A stretch of DNA of 64,000 nt from Octopus vulgaris (lineage: Eukaryota). Position numbers and translations under genes: made by a program. Where the stretch lies: assembly GCA_951406725.2 (NCBI GenBank), contig OX597823.1, positions 10,664,001 to 10,728,000 of the forward strand. The letters are read 5' to 3'. This document shows positions 29,851-46,075 of this stretch, in pieces. Position 1 is the stretch's first letter; each line of letters opens with the position of its first letter. The notes under the pieces were generated by a model. It worked only from the letters and a program-made list of their open reading frames with translations. It did no database searches and was not told the origin of the DNA.

Positions 29851-31805
29851 CAGAATACGATAAAACAAAAGATACATACGAACAAAACCATTATTTGACA
29901 GAATTCGGAATGATTAACAATTAATAAGTTTTAGTGGGTTAGTTAAGAGTTATTATTAGAAGTAATATAAACAATAGTAGAGATATATGAGAGTATCTAT
30001 CATGAGATAAGTGAATACAGGAGTAATGTGTTTAATCAACAAGAAATACAGAATAAAGAAAAAAGCTTTTAAGCTATTTATTTCAGAAACTGCAAAGAAA
30101 ATATGTGAACAAAGAAGTAATTCTTTCATTTTTGCATGGTTGATTATAGGAATCGTTCGTCTTTATCTGGAGAATAAACAAAACAGATTTTTCTTTTCTT
30201 TTTATATATTTTATTTTAAATTCTCCCGAGAGAATCTTGATTTAGAATGTAAGTGAATGGCGTATCGATCACTTTCTCAGATATACTTCTTTCGTGAATA
30301 AAGCTTCTTCATTATACGTAGTTTATTTGATTTTTTTTTTTTTTTTTACTTTATGTAATTTACTTAAATGTGTGCATATCTGAAATATAGTTAACAGAGA
30401 AAAATCAGTGCTGTTAATTGGTTGTAAAGAATGGCCTTTTATGAGAGAACGAAAAAAAAAGAAAAACTTTAACGCTATTGTTCCAGTTTCACGTGATGAA
30501 ATCATAACCGGAAGTACTAAGAAATGATTTTGTTTGTCTAGAGTAGCTTACATAGTCGAAGTGGTGTCGACCTAAGGATAATAGGTCTGGAATTTCTTAT
30601 CCTCTAACAGATGTTGAATTGTATCAAAATACATAACACTTAATATTTGTGCAAAGAGGCAGAGTAGGAGTGAAGACGCTTTAGAATTATAAAGTTTCGA
30701 GAGTGCTTTAAGATTCACATTAAATTCATTGACTTCGAGTGGTAGGATGTAATTCTGTCACGAGTCACATGAAAAGCGGTAAACAGTATGTTTAGTGTAA
30801 TAGTCGGGTGTAGCTGATCTGAGTTAAATACAAAATCCAAGGAAACAAGTTTGAATAATGCCAACAGATCGAATCAGCAATCCAGTTTTTATTTCGTGTT
30901 CATACTAATTGTAATCAACGCACAACTACTCTAACGAATCTTCTTCGAGTTTCGAAGACCTTATAACAATAAAATTGCCGTTCAAACAGAGACATGCTGC
31001 TGAGCAAGAAATTAATTTCCTCTAGCTCCCATGTTTTTATCATATCAGAAAATATACGTATCAAGTCATGTGATCTTATTCCCTATCATAGCTATCGCAT
31101 TAAATGATTGATCAAAGTAAATAAATCTATTTGCTTTGTAGTCAAGAACTACATTAACATTTTTAAATGCTTTTCTTGTCATAAAACACTTATTCGGTGT
31201 TCTGCCTGATGCGTAGACTAGATATACTGATAGAGTTTAATATCACATGCTTTTCCTTAAGAGCTTAAACAGATGGATATTAGTAGGAAAATGGATGGAT
31301 ATAAGCAAGAAAAATGTTTTAAAGAGATGAGGTTTTGGGGGATGAGAAGGTTAGAACAAGTATTTGATGTGAATCCCTTATAAATATGATATGAAATTGG
31401 TGACAATACATAGGACGAATACAAATTATTGTCATAGATGTAAAGGGATGAAACAGGATGTCAGAGATTGGACAGTGTCAATAATATGTTGACTAGTTTG
31501 TCGTAACAAAGGTGTGTAGAACAGCTTGCTTTACGACAGCGAGCTATATTAAGCGACTCAGCTGTTATTAGTACGAAATGATTAAATAATCTGCCTTCTT
31601 GTAATTTGTAAATTAATTTTGTCGCTTATTTTTTTTATGTAGACTATGTTTAATATTAATTGCATTTTGCAATATCAATTTTATATAAACTTTCACTATT
31701 GCTGTATCAATTAATACAGTTAATGAGCTAACTGATAAAGCAACAGCCATAAGTGTATTTAGTCTGACGACGTCCAACGCACGCACATACATACACGCAC
31801 ACATG

Positions 31806-31848
<43 letters not shown>

Positions 31849-32014
31849 ATATAAACCTTAAATATTTTATGTTTCTTCCTCGTTTGCTCGGTTAAACGAT
31901 AATATTGTCTAACCCCAGGAGTTTTCTATAATATGGTTGTTTCCGATGTTGAAAATATCGGAAACAAAGCTGCATTTTTACGACTACAAATAATTTGTGT
32001 TAATAAGCAAGCAC

Positions 32015-32443
32015 GTGAAGGCGCAATGGCCCAATGGTTAAAAGTATTGGATCTTTTCCGTTTGAACGGCAGTTTTTTTCTAGCGGTGTCATATGAAATT
32101 GTCGCCCATAATAATGACCCTAGTATCGATCTGGTGGAGACGCAATGACCCAGTGGTTAGGGTAGCGGACTCGCGGTCATAGGATCGCGGTTTCGATTCC
32201 CAGACCGGGTATTGTGTGTGTTTATTGAGCGAAAACAACCAAAGGGCTCCACGAGGCTCCGGCAGGGGGTGATGGCGACCCCTGTTGTACTCTTTCGCTC
32301 CAACTTTCAGTCTTTCTTCCTGTTTCTTGAGTAACGCTGCGATGGACTGGTGTCCCGTCCAGCTGGGGGGAACACATACCCTACAGAAACCGGGAAACCG
32401 AGCCCACAAACCTGGCTAGGCTTTAAAAGGGTGCATAAAAAAT
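32015..32443 (+). mobile_element. SINE A head with alternative tail 3 (Meta/V-domain-like) and chimeric 5' extension
   Basis: 25-nt head stub, ~95 bp foreign DNA, full head at 32134, then gtaacgctgcgatggactggtgtcccgtccagctgggggg...ctacagaaaccgg; flanks ataagcaagcac/ataaacaagcac. Confidence 0.8.
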
Positions 32444-32482
32444 AAACAAGCACACATTCGTGCTCAGTTAATTTATTGGATA

Positions 32483-32870
32483 TGGATGGAAGCACTCCGT
32501 CGGTTGCGACGACGAGGGTTCCGGTTGATCCGATCAACGGAACAGCCTGCTCGTGAAATTAACGTGTAAGTGGCTGAGCACTCCACAGACACGTGTACCC
32601 TTAACGTAGTTCTCGGGGATATTCAGCGTGACACAGAGAGTGACAAGGCCGGCCCTTTGAAATACAGGTACAACAGAAACAGGAAGTAAGAGTGAGAGAA
32701 AGTTGTGGTGAAAGAGTACAGCAGGGATCACCGCCATCTCCTGCCGGAGCCTCGTGGAGCTTTAGGTGTTTTCGCTCAATAAACACTCACAACGCCCGGT
32801 CTGGGAATCGAAACCGCGATCCTATGACCGCGAGTCCGCTGCCCTAACCACTGGGCCATTGCACCTCCAC
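32483..32870 (-). mobile_element. SINE family A, complete
   Basis: Reverse complement of family A; TSD aatttattggata (32470-82/32871-83). Confidence 0.93.
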
Positions 32871-33153
32871 AATTTATTGGATAAGTTAGTCATAGAAAAC
32901 AACATTTTTGACAGTGTCCAGTGTCTGGCAGCCTGTTTCACCCTTGTTCCACATTAAAATTCATTCATCGTGTATTTTCAACAATTTATCACCCATTTCA
33001 TTTTACATTTCTAAAGGGTTTACATCAAACATTTCTCCCAGCTAGCACATCCTTGAAATCTACTTCTTCAAAACCTTTTTACTTGTAAGAAAACATATAA
33101 TCGGTATTAAACCCAATGAATATACCTCGTCTCCACTTCAATAGAACCGAATA

Positions 33154-33400
33154 ATCTATATATATAAAGCTGAAGTTGTCTGTGTGTGTGTGTGGCAGGT
33201 TTGGTAGCCTTCAACTAACACCATCTCCTCCGAGACCCTGTGGCGCAAGTTGACCAAAATTGAGAGTATGATAGAAGAAGGCTTGCTCTTTCTTCCGTAG
33301 AAGAAAAAAATTCAAATCGGACCATGTTAACACCAAAAATTATTTACATCAAAAGGTGCTTTTTTCTATGAAAATCCCTATTTTTTACTATTTTCTGACT
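33154..33400 (+). mobile_element. Probable 5' end of a second Helitron family
   Basis: A|TCTATATATATAAAG then gtct(gt)n, similar in layout to the other Helitrons; no 3' CTAG end found. Confidence 0.45.
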
Positions 33401-35492
33401 GCTGTGTTGCCATTTTTTAGTGTATTTCAACCAGAAAAATGAATGTTCACTTATAGAGAATAACAAGCTACATAATGCAAAATTTTTACTTTTCGCGTCG
33501 CTGATATGTATTTTGTTCCCTGAAATGACAAAGGATTGCATTTCAAAGAAGCTGAGTCCAGTAGTCCACTCATAGGCAACTCGCAGAAAGTGTTTAAACA
33601 CTCGAATTCAACTTCCAAGACGATTGTTATACCATTTTTCACAGAAATCTGTGTTATTCAATCTTGACTGTTTTTACCCATTATGTAAGATCTGAGATCA
33701 ATCATAGGCAAACGTTTCTTGTTGTTGTTGTTGTTGTTGTTGCTGTTGTTGTTGTTGTTGTTGCTGTTGTTGTTGTTGTTGCTGTTGTTGTTGTTGTTGT
33801 TTTTGTTTCAGGTCAGACCTATAATCAAAAGTACTCCTCCTATTACCGGTGTTATGTCGCACGTTCGAATGCCTCTACTACTCAACTCGACTCCTGCTCT
33901 AGTCTACTGCTACTTCTCAACTCTGTTCTACTACTCTTCTCAGCTGTGCTCTACTCTACTTGACGTCTAGACTTCTCCCTCTATATCTACGTATTGGGCT
34001 AGCCTACTGCATCGTCTGGGGGCGTCCACACAACAGAGAGCATGGCCCATGATCCTTTACAAGAATTTCGAAACTCATAGAAAGGAGGGAGAGTAGAATC
34101 TTCATTCCAGAGAATTGGACCAAACTCTTGTAACAGAGTGGACTCTACTAACGGCACCCAGGGGTTTATACCGGGTGAAGAATACAGCAGACCATGGCGT
34201 GATTTGGAACACAGAACGCAAAAAACAGAAAGAAGTACAGCAAGCATCTAGTCTGACATTGCTGCCGACCCGCCACTCGAGCGCCCTGAACTGGTACATT
34301 CTTTATTGACCACCGAAAGGCTGAAAGGCAATTCAATATCCTATGTCTTAATTTTGGAAGTTAGTTTGCAGCTACAGAAATAAAAAGGTTTCATTCTCCC
34401 TGGAAGAAATACAATAGAAATAGCGAACTCCACGTTTATTTGGTCTCAGCTGCTCTGGAAGTTTACAGAAATGGTTTTATTTTAAAACATTTTCGATGTA
34501 ATATTGATTTCCTTTTTATGTATATATAGCCACAAGATAAAACTTTTGTCTCCGATGGATAAAATCAATGAAATCGACCCTACTATATTACTCGTATTCA
34601 TGTTGTCGACTCTAAAGAGTTGAAAAGCAAGTAGATCCCAATGGCTTTTGAACTTAGAACTAACCTAAATACGGAAATGCTTTTAGTCTAGCACTTTGTG
34701 AACTTGGAGCCATAATTCGTGAAATTATTATCAAACATTTTTTTTTCTTTTTTCGATAATTCATTTACAATAGATTACAACATAAATTATTATTTTGATT
34801 AAGTATACGATAATCTTTAAGTATATAATTTGATGACTGGAATATATTTAATTATCCCGGGGAATAATAAGTGGGTATTTTATTGACCCTTGAGGAATGG
34901 AATTTCAGAAACAACTACTTCTGTGGAATGTGCACTTCGGAGAGTAATAGCTTTAACATTAGATTTAGTAAAGGTTTGTCTGCTCTCTACTAACCAGCTG
35001 TACCAAATCGACTATTACTACGTTCTTAGATATACATTGTCAATTTATAAAGGTTTCTTAAATCACCGCAAAGTACTGGGCAGGTACAGATAATAGCTTA
35101 CCAAAGGACACAGTAAATCACGCTTTGGAACATTTATTGTCTGAGAGAAGGAGGGGTTCATAAGACTGTTAGACTGAAGGATTTGTGTAGCTCCAAATTA
35201 TATTTCATGTTATTACAAGTCGTCATCATCCAGTGTTGTTTTCACATATGGCGTATGCAGTACTGTATCGCCTAATGGGTACATCGTTTTAAAAGAGAGC
35301 AGGGTGTGGTATGAAAAAGATTAGGCTGTTATTTCTAATAGGCACTGGCTGGATTACCGCGTAGAAGCTCCCTCCTATATCAACAGATGGTTATTGTAGT
35401 TGATATATATTTTGACACGCACACATATCACATATGCATATCATGCATATTTGTGTGTGCGCATGCATACATGTATGTATAATCACATATAT

Positions 35493-35525
<33 letters not shown>

Positions 35526-35632
35526 CATGTATATATACGTAGGTATGTATATATATATATATATATGTATATATATGTGTGTATATATATGTATATGTTA
35601 TGTTTATGTATATTTATATTTATATAACATAT

Positions 35633-35697
<65 letters not shown>

Positions 35698-36659
35698 ATA
35701 AATGATGTTATGGATATTAATGAAATGACGTCATACACTTCAACGGTTTCTATTAATGAAGTTTAAAACCCTGCTATTCTCACACCAATCATATTTTCTT
35801 GTTTATGACTTCAAGAAGCCATTCCTGTTTTCGAACAAATTCAAACTCAGTATTTTACCAATTTAAACATCATTTTCTTTATGATTAATTAATTCCGAAG
35901 AAAAATTGTCCTTGAATCTTCTCTGATTAAATTAGAAATTTCTATTATAAATTAATTTTCCCCAAAATATATACTTTTTTCATAATAGAGATTTATTACA
36001 CTGATTCACAGAATTAGTGGGGATTGCAAAAAAGGAAGAAGTCGATTAGCTTCACATCAGTTCAAGACTAAATTTACCGGCCCAAAGGAATAAAAGTCTA
36101 AGTTAGCATCGATAGTACTTGAACTTAGAACATAAAACGAAGTAAATAAATTATAATTGTTTTTAAGATGGTCACAAAAAGTGGAATATGAGACAGGGGA
36201 GCGATTGAAACTGTTTATTCTAGTGCTGTGGAAGCTCACTTTACGATTTTAGTTCGTTCCTGAAGGCTGTTTATCACCCAAAATGTTTGTACATCGAAAT
36301 TATTTTTGCCATAGCAAATTCAAGAGGAAGCATGGTGAATTCCTACAGGGATGTACAATGAGCGAAATCTAAAAGAAAAGTGGCACGCTCCCGCGGATAC
36401 TCCCAACTTGTCGGCAACCGTTGTTACTGGTTTGCCTATTCGTTACTCGAGACACCTTTTGTCACCCGAGACGTTTTATGTTCGAAAAATTGTTCGATAA
36501 CAAACCTGCTCGTGATAAGAGGCTTTCGTAAACCGAGGGTTACATGAGAGGTTGTTTATTTTATCGTTCTCGGAGAGATGAAAGGCGAAATTGAGCATGG
36601 CAGGATTTTTAACTCAAAATAATATGTTTCTAACAGAGGAACAATGCCTGAAATATTGG

Positions 36660-37080
36660 TCTTTCTTTCTTGTCTTGAGACAGCATTCACACGGGGTGGG
36701 TTGAGCTGGCTTCATTTATCCTCAATGCTGCATCTCTTACAAACGCCGACCAGGCCTGGCGATTGGAGGCTAACGACCGTGTGATCTCCAACCACTCCCT
36801 ATTCCAGCGGCGAACGCCATAGACATGGGGACCTAGATTGGGTTCCGGATCAGCCTTGACTGTCATCGGCCAGTGTTTTTCGTTGTCCACCACATCGCAT
36901 TCGCCAACCCTGAAGGGGAGCTGGGGCAATTGCTTCGTAGATGAATTCTCCTGGTTGACGACGGAGGGCATGACCCAGCCAACGCAGACGTCTCGTTAGG
37001 ATTACTTGTCGGAGGGAGGTGATTCCGCACTGGTGTCGCACCGAATTGTTGGAGACAAAGGGATCCTTCCCAAGATCCTT
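36660..37080 (-). mobile_element. RTE-clade LINE 3' fragment
   Basis: VSNNSVR...ILTRRLRWLGHALRR...GGQRK, frameshift, W...EWLEITRSLASNRQAWSAFV; short (caaga) tail. Confidence 0.8.
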
Positions 37081-37586
37081 CAAACATTCTTCATGTACAT
37101 CACACCTTCATAAAATATTGGTGGTTCTTGGTTGGTACCTTATTCTATCGACTCTAGATGGTTGATATCCAATGTTGACTCAGAAGAATTTGAACACAAA
37201 ACATAAATAACCGAACTACTTACTACCAAATATGTTGTCAGACATTCAAATACTTCAGCCTTAATTAGTGCCTCTTAGAAAGGCTCAAAGCCAGATATTT
37301 TGTGGGTGAGATTAGCCAATTAAATCGATACCAATACATACTGTGTGGGGATCAGCATGCCAAAAAATACACCTAACGTTTCCTCCGCGTCCTGTAAAGG
37401 CGTCTAAAAAAAGTAGCGGTAGGATTTGCATTCCAGCCTCGTACAACGCTCACCAGCAACGGCTATCCAAGCAGATCCATGCGTTAGAGAGTTATCGCTT
37501 GAATGGTGCAAAGTATCATCCGCTACCAGTACGACTCCAGCAACAAATGGTGGATGCAGCGACTTACTGTTATAGCGCACCCCCCA

Positions 37587-38888
<1,302 letters not shown>

Positions 38889-39200
38889 TACCCCCACAAT
38901 GCTTGGCTAGTAGTTCATTTCATCGGTCCGGATGGATGAAAGACAATGTTGCTTTCGGAGGGACTCGAAATGTAAATAGGCTCCACATGGTTCCGGTTTC
39001 ATTGAGCACTCCCCACCCCAAGTTTCATGCCTTGTGCCTATAGTAGAAAGGATTGTTTTGGAAAGTTATGATTTCTCAGATATTCCTTAAAAAACTAGCA
39101 AGTTTAGAATACGTGGTCAAATCACTGAATGTGAAACTCACCAAATAAATATTTTAACAAACAGAGAAATTATTTATATCTCAAAATATTTTTAAAGTAG

Positions 39201-39713
<513 letters not shown>

Positions 39714-41377
39714 GCGACACACAGCTTTATTTTAATAATCCCTGCTTAGTGTGCCTCTAATTAATTAAATACATCTGCGAATTAACCATTTTTTGATCCG
39801 TTGTCTGAGCGTCACTTCTGTGAACGATGTATTTGATTTATGTTTCTGTTGAAGCGCAATGATGCAAAGACATCCAGCCTACATTCATTGTAGTGAACCC
39901 GGAACCATGTGGTTGGTAAGCAAGCTACTTACCACACAGCCACTCCTCTGCGCCATGTTATGAAAATAATATAAATATATTTTTGAATCCTTTGAGCAAT
40001 GCGAGTGAGAAGTAAGGCGATGATATGTGAGTGATGTCAAAGAATATAAAGAAAGATATTGCATTATCTTGCATACATTATTTAATGTTTCCGCGATATT
40101 TCGGAAAAGATTCCCTTTATTTAATATAAGAAATAAAATAATCCAAGGGTTATTTGTTTTTATTTATCTATATCACCCTACATATTTTGCTTTACTTCTC
40201 ACCTGCATTGCGCAAAGTCTTTTAAACATTCATATCATCTAAACACTGCAACGCTTCAAGCAACTCATCATACTACTATAGTGATATATCCATGGTAAGC
40301 ACAGCTTGCGGGCTTGAAATATATTTTATTTCAAACGTTTTGTTTCTTTCCAAAGAGTGCAGCACAAAACGTTAGATTAGATATACGTAAAGCGACAAAA
40401 ACTTTACCACTATATTTAGGGAACAAGTCCTTTGAGTAACTAAAACTGAAGCTACATTGTTCTCGTCAGAATTCTGTAGTTCTGCATACATTGTGTTGGT
40501 GATGTTTGCTATAAAAATTATTTTAACAGCTAAAATAGATTTCTAACCAATAAATAATTGAAGATTTTCAGGATTTCTATCAATGTCCTTGTCTAGTTTC
40601 CTCTCCAATACCATTAATCATTGCAATAATAGAGAAATTTTCTAACGTGGAAATATATATTCTAGAATTTGTAAATAGCAAACGTCAATAAACAAACTAA
40701 CAAACTTGCTTTACCTTAATCAATTTCTCTCAATGACGAATATCAGTTGATTTATGACTCACTATAAATAATGTCAGCATCTTAGCACATCAGTCAAGAT
40801 TTTTACAAAGGTTTCTTCCGTTCTTTCACCATCATGGAATAACTAAAAGTCGATTCGTTGTGCAAATAAAGGAGAATATTTGCGAAAGATTGAAGGAGAT
40901 TCTTCGTAAGTCTTTTTTCTACAATTTCTCAAAGCGAGAGATATATTACTGTCATGCACACTAGAACTACATAAGTGTTATCACACCAATCTTACGTGAA
41001 CTGGCTGGACGTATAGATCTACACAAACATTCTTCTTAAAACTGAATGTTGCAAAGTATACCATGCGCCTTTTAAAATTAATAAACGACTTTGCTGATGT
41101 AAACAAAATAATTGAGCAATCAAAAGATCCTCTATGCAGTCGCTCCATCTGCTAGAAGAAGCAACCGAATGTAATTAAGGAGAGAAGTTTTGGCAAGTAG
41201 GATCTCAATAATAACGGTTTCAAATTTTAGCAGAAGACCAGCTTCTTTGAAGGGCGTATATAAAGTCAAGTACATCGACCCGGTACTTGACTGGTTCTAT
41301 ATTTTATAGACCTTGAAAGAATGAAAGGCAAAGTTAACCTCGGCAGATTTAGAACACAAATCCTAAAAGCTCAGAAC

Positions 41378-41784
41378 GTAGGAGTGGCTGTGTGGTAAGT
41401 AGCTTGCTTACAAACCACATGGTTCTGGGTTCAGTCCCACTACGTGGCACCTTGGGCAAGTGTCTTCTTCTATAGCCTCGGGCCGACCAAAGACTTGTGA
41501 GTGGATTTGGTAGGCGGAAACTGAAAGAAGCCCGTCGTATATATGTATATATATGTATGTATGTGCGTGTATATGTTTGTGTGTTTGCGTTTGCCCCCCC
41601 CCCCCAACATCGCTTGACAGCCGATGGTGGTGTGTTTACGTCCCCGTAACTTAGCGGTTCAGCAAAAGAGACCGATAGAATAAGTATTAGGCTTACAAAG
41701 AATAAGTCCTGGGGTTGATTTGCTCGACTAAAGGTGGTGCTCCAGCATGGCCACAGTCAAATGACTGTAACAAGTAAAAGAGTA
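41378..41784 (+). mobile_element. SINE family B inserted in a decayed C-related SINE
   Basis: Full match; host remnant on both sides (41215-41377, 41785-41836). Confidence 0.9.
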
Positions 41785-41852
41785 CCGAAAGGAATTTTGT
41801 CCGACGTTGAATCTATTCACCCCGGCCACCACCTTAATAATAAAAGTTATTA

Positions 41853-42072
41853 AGGCGGTGTTGCTGGCAGAAACGTTAGCACGCAGGGCGAAATGCTTAG
41901 TGGTATTTCGTCTGTCTATACGCTCTGAGTTCAAATTCCACAGAGGTCGACTTTGCCTTTCATCCTTTCGGGGTCGATAAATTAATTACCAGTTGCATAC
42001 TGGGGTCGATCTAATCGACTGGCACCCCTCCCCTAAAATTCCGGGCCTTGTGCCTAGAGAAGAAAAAGAATA
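41853..42072 (+). mobile_element. SINE C variant with alternative tail (monomer)
   Basis: C head and middle, then ctaatcgactggcacccctccc...ggccttgtgcctagag; same tail at 60241-60418 and ~61500-61665. Confidence 0.85.
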
Positions 42073-42144
42073 ATAATAATCATTTGTTTATTAGCCAGAA
42101 GGGCTCAAATAATCACAGTAAAATACAGTGAGCGTTAATAGAGG

Positions 42145-42558
42145 AGGCGCAGGAGTGGCTGTGTGGTAAGTAGCTTGTTTACCAACCACATAGTTCCGGG
42201 TTCAGTCCCATTGCGTGGCATCTTGGGCAAGTGTCTTCTGCTATAGCCCGGGCTGACCAAAGCCTTGTGAGTGGATTTGGTAGACGGAAACTGAAAGAAG
42301 CCTGTCGTATATATGTATATATATATATGCGTGTGTGTGTTTGTGCATCTGTGTTTGTCCCTCTAGCATTGCTTGACAACCGATGCTGGTGTGATTACGT
42401 CCCCGTTACTTAGCGGTTCGGCAAAAGAGACCGATAGAATAAGTACTGGGCTTACAAAAGAATAAGTCCCGGGGTCGAGTTGCTCGATTAAAGGCGGTGC
42501 TTCAGCATGGCCGCAGTCAAATGACTGAAACAAGTAAAAGAGTAAAGAGTAAAAGAGA
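42145..42558 (+). mobile_element. SINE family B, complete
   Basis: Full match. Confidence 0.92.
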
Positions 42559-43042
42559 GAGGATAAACAAAATGTGTGGATGGAGAAATATTATACAAAG
42601 ACGAGGAAAAAATATGAAATACATCATAAACAATATAAGAGAACATGTTAAATTTAGAGAACATTCAGATTATTACTCAAAATATGTAAAATAAAACATG
42701 ATACACTTTAGACAAAATAAAACACGGAGAATAAAGAAATGCTTAGATTTCTTGCCTTGGTTGTTTCAGAGCATCGGCACTTCACTGAAGTCTTGTAGAC
42801 CCAAACATGCCTATTCGCGTCGTCAGGAATTTTTGTTTAAATAATTTCGTGCGGGCTTAGCCGTGTGGTTACTTCGTTTACTCTGAATCTTACTGCTAGA
42901 CTCTTCCCTAAGCTTGAAACCACTGGCGCCGTCCCGCACCCCCCTGTTTTAAATGGCGGTGCCCCAGCATGGCCACAGCTCATAAGCTGAAACTGGAATC
43001 AATCAATCAAAATCGTAAACTATCTATTCTATTTCTATTAAT

Positions 43043-43432
43043 GGAAGCACTCCGTCGGTGTACGACGACGAGGGTTCCGGTTGATCCGAATCAACGGAAC
43101 AGCTTGCTGGTGAAATTAACGTGTAAGTGGCTGAGCACTCCACAGACACGTGAACCCTTAACGTAGTTCTCGGGGATATTCAGCGTGACACAGAGGGGTG
43201 ACAAGGCCGGCCCTTTGAAATACAGGTACAACAGAAACAGGAAGTGGAAAAGTGAGAGAAAGTTGTGGTGAAAGAGTACAGCAGGGATCACCACCATCCC
43301 CTGCAGGAGCCTCGTGGAGCTTTTAGGTGTTTTCGCTCAATAAAAACTCACAGCGCCCGGTCTGGGAAACGAAACCGCGATCCTACGACCGCGAGTCCGC
43401 TGCCCTAACCACTGGGCCATTGCGCCTCCGCC
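43043..43432 (-). mobile_element. SINE family A, complete
   Basis: Reverse complement match; TSD atttctattaat (43031-42/43433-44). Confidence 0.93.
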
Positions 43433-43499
43433 ATTTCTATTAATATTCTGTCACTGACATATTGTTTTATATCTCCAAGTTTTTTTTTTCTAATTCGTT

Positions 43500-44450
43500 C
43501 ATTTCTATATCCAAATATTGTCCCTGCCACAAATAACGAGATAAAACGTCAATAAGGTGCTACTCTCTCTTTCCAATTTTCTTTTTGATACTCTTTTTAT
43601 AATAGTCTTGAGGAGAAGCTTCATTGCTATTCTGAGGTGATGACCGTTACAGTAGTTCTGAGCAGCGATATCATTATTGTTTCGAAGAGAGAATTCATCC
43701 TCGACCATTCCTTGTTTTCTGCTGGACACTCTGCCACACGACTGTATAACCTGAGAAGGCTATAGCCTGTAGTACTTTTCTAGTTAATTTTTATTGGAGG
43801 TTGTTCGTTCTCTGGTGGAGAAGTCTTTTATCTCCCTCACTCTTAACATTCTTAACACTGAAGTTTCGATCAGACTCAACCGCTTCCACTTCATCACAGA
43901 ATGATAAATTGGGGGACAGGGTATCTGTTCCCTTGTTTCCAGGACCGAATATCTGGTGGCTTCCTCAGCAATTTCTGGAGATGTGTCTGATGGTGCTTCA
44001 GAAGTTGCTGTTCCTGTTGCTATTCAAATTGCTCTCTGCTCTTATCTTTTATCATTCCTTTGCTTGCTATTCTACTCCTTCAGGTCAAAATATCTCAAGT
44101 GGGTCTTGTTCCCACATATATAACAACTATTCTTTTTCCTTTGCGCTACCAACCACATACCCTGCTCTTTATTATTATTATAACTTTTTTTTTGTATCTC
44201 ATTTGAGCAGAGCTCTAGTATAATTCTGTGGCTATTGGTCTTTAGGACTTGCAAAATTTTCCTGAGTCCTCTCTCCCATACGTTGCGTCGTGTTACCGCA
44301 GCACTTACTCGCCTCTATGATCATCTACAGATCCAGATTTTAAATGTTTCTGATCGTTATCTTCATATTTTTCTGCCACATAAACTGTAGCACAACTCTA
44401 TGGTAGATCTATACCTAACTATTTCAACTTATATCTTAACAAAGTCATTA
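43500..44450 (-). mobile_element. Highly decayed LINE (RTE-like) ORF remnant
   Basis: Translation AAQNY...AMKLLLKTIIKRVSKRKLE resembles the RT entry motif NYRxISL...MKxLxKIIxxR; boundaries uncertain. Confidence 0.4.
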
Positions 44451-45499
44451 CTACTTAAAGTAAGCAGAAAGTATCATAAAATCTGCTCCCCCCAATTGAA
44501 AAAAAAATATCTCCCCACATTTCTTTTAGATCTTCTCACTGCTGTTTCAACGATAATTAGAAACCGCTGTCATTCCATTTTCTTTTCTCTTTGTCCTCTC
44601 TTGAGTTTCATACTGGCTCAAAGAGAGACGTTTTGGCTTTACACAAAGCCTTTAGATATTTTTTTTTGCAAATTTTGCAAACTTCAGTAGTACCGTTTGT
44701 ACAACTGAGACAAAACTTGGTCCCTTAACACATTCCTAAAATATGCATTATCTAACATATTTGTCTGTGCGCAACTGTTGTTACTATTATCGTTGAAATT
44801 ATTTGTTAAACTGTTTGAAATGGTATCCTTTTCATAACTAAATTTTAATTTTATTGCTCGTTATTTCCGTTTTGTTTTGCTCGCACATTGTTTGATACAA
44901 TTTAGTTTCGTCTTGTTTTGTTTATCTTGTGCGCTGCTATAATGTTTTTTTTTTATATTCTACCAGTTCTTTCAATTTTGGCACAGGACGAGCAGTTTTG
45001 AGGAGAGAGCTTTACTCGATTAAATCAACCCAAGTACTTGATTGGTGCTGCATTTTATCGACCCCAGTAAGATGAACGGGTTTCGTAACCACGTATTTTC
45101 AGTTCTACTGAGGTACGCCTTAAACAAGTTTCTTTTACTATAAACGCGAGCAGAGCAATATTTTCTGCGTGAATGCAGTCGACAGAATTTTAAAAAAAAC
45201 CATACACACAAAACCACACACGTGTGTATGCATATATATATATATATGTATGCATGTGTGAATATATATATGTATGAGTGAATTTATATATATATATACT
45301 ACACCATACCACACAACACATCACATCACAACACACCACCACTCACACACCACCACTGACCAATTCCCATCCCCACATTTTCACACCCATACATACACAC
45401 ACGCTCACGTTAAGACCACCAGCCCTCTTTCACACGCACATACGTACTCTCTTACACACACGTGCACCTTCGTTTTGGGATCACTATTACTTTGTTATC

Positions 45500-45737
45500 T
45501 TTCCTTACTTCTTCGCCCTCCTGTGTGACCCTTCTGTCCGGCAGTCGCCATAATAGATCGGTAGCCACTACACATTCTTTTCTCTCTTTGTTTCTTTCTG
45601 TGTCCCTTTCTGTGGAAGAGCATAGGCTCGAAACGTAAAAGACTTTTTCAATTCCCGAGCGTTATACTAATACATCTGTTTGTTTTCTACACCACCTGTC
45701 TTCGTCTTTTGGTTTTTTTTTCGTGAATTCTCCCCCT
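45500..45737 (+). mobile_element. Penelope-like pLTR fragment ending at (AT)n, with degenerate hammerhead
   Basis: cttt-CTGTGGA-a-gagc-atag-gctc-GAAA-cg-TA-aaag at 45606-45641; similar layout to 5600-5812. Confidence 0.55.
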
Positions 45738-45769
45738 ATATATATATATACATACATGTGTGTATATAT

Positions 45770-45800
<31 letters not shown>

Positions 45801-45931
45801 CATACATGTGTGTATATATACATACATGTAAATATATATATATATATATATATATACATACATGTGTGTATATATACATACATGTAAATATATATATATA
45901 TATATATATATACATACATGTGTGTATATAT

Positions 45932-45962
<31 letters not shown>

Positions 45963-45990
45963 CATACATGTGTGTATATATACATACATG

Positions 45991-46071
<81 letters not shown>

Positions 46072-46075
46072 TATA
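45738..46075. repeat. Compound minisatellite, ~45-bp unit (ta)n-catacatgtgtgtatatatacatacatgt x5, then (AT)n
   Basis: Five visible recurrences. Confidence 0.9.
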
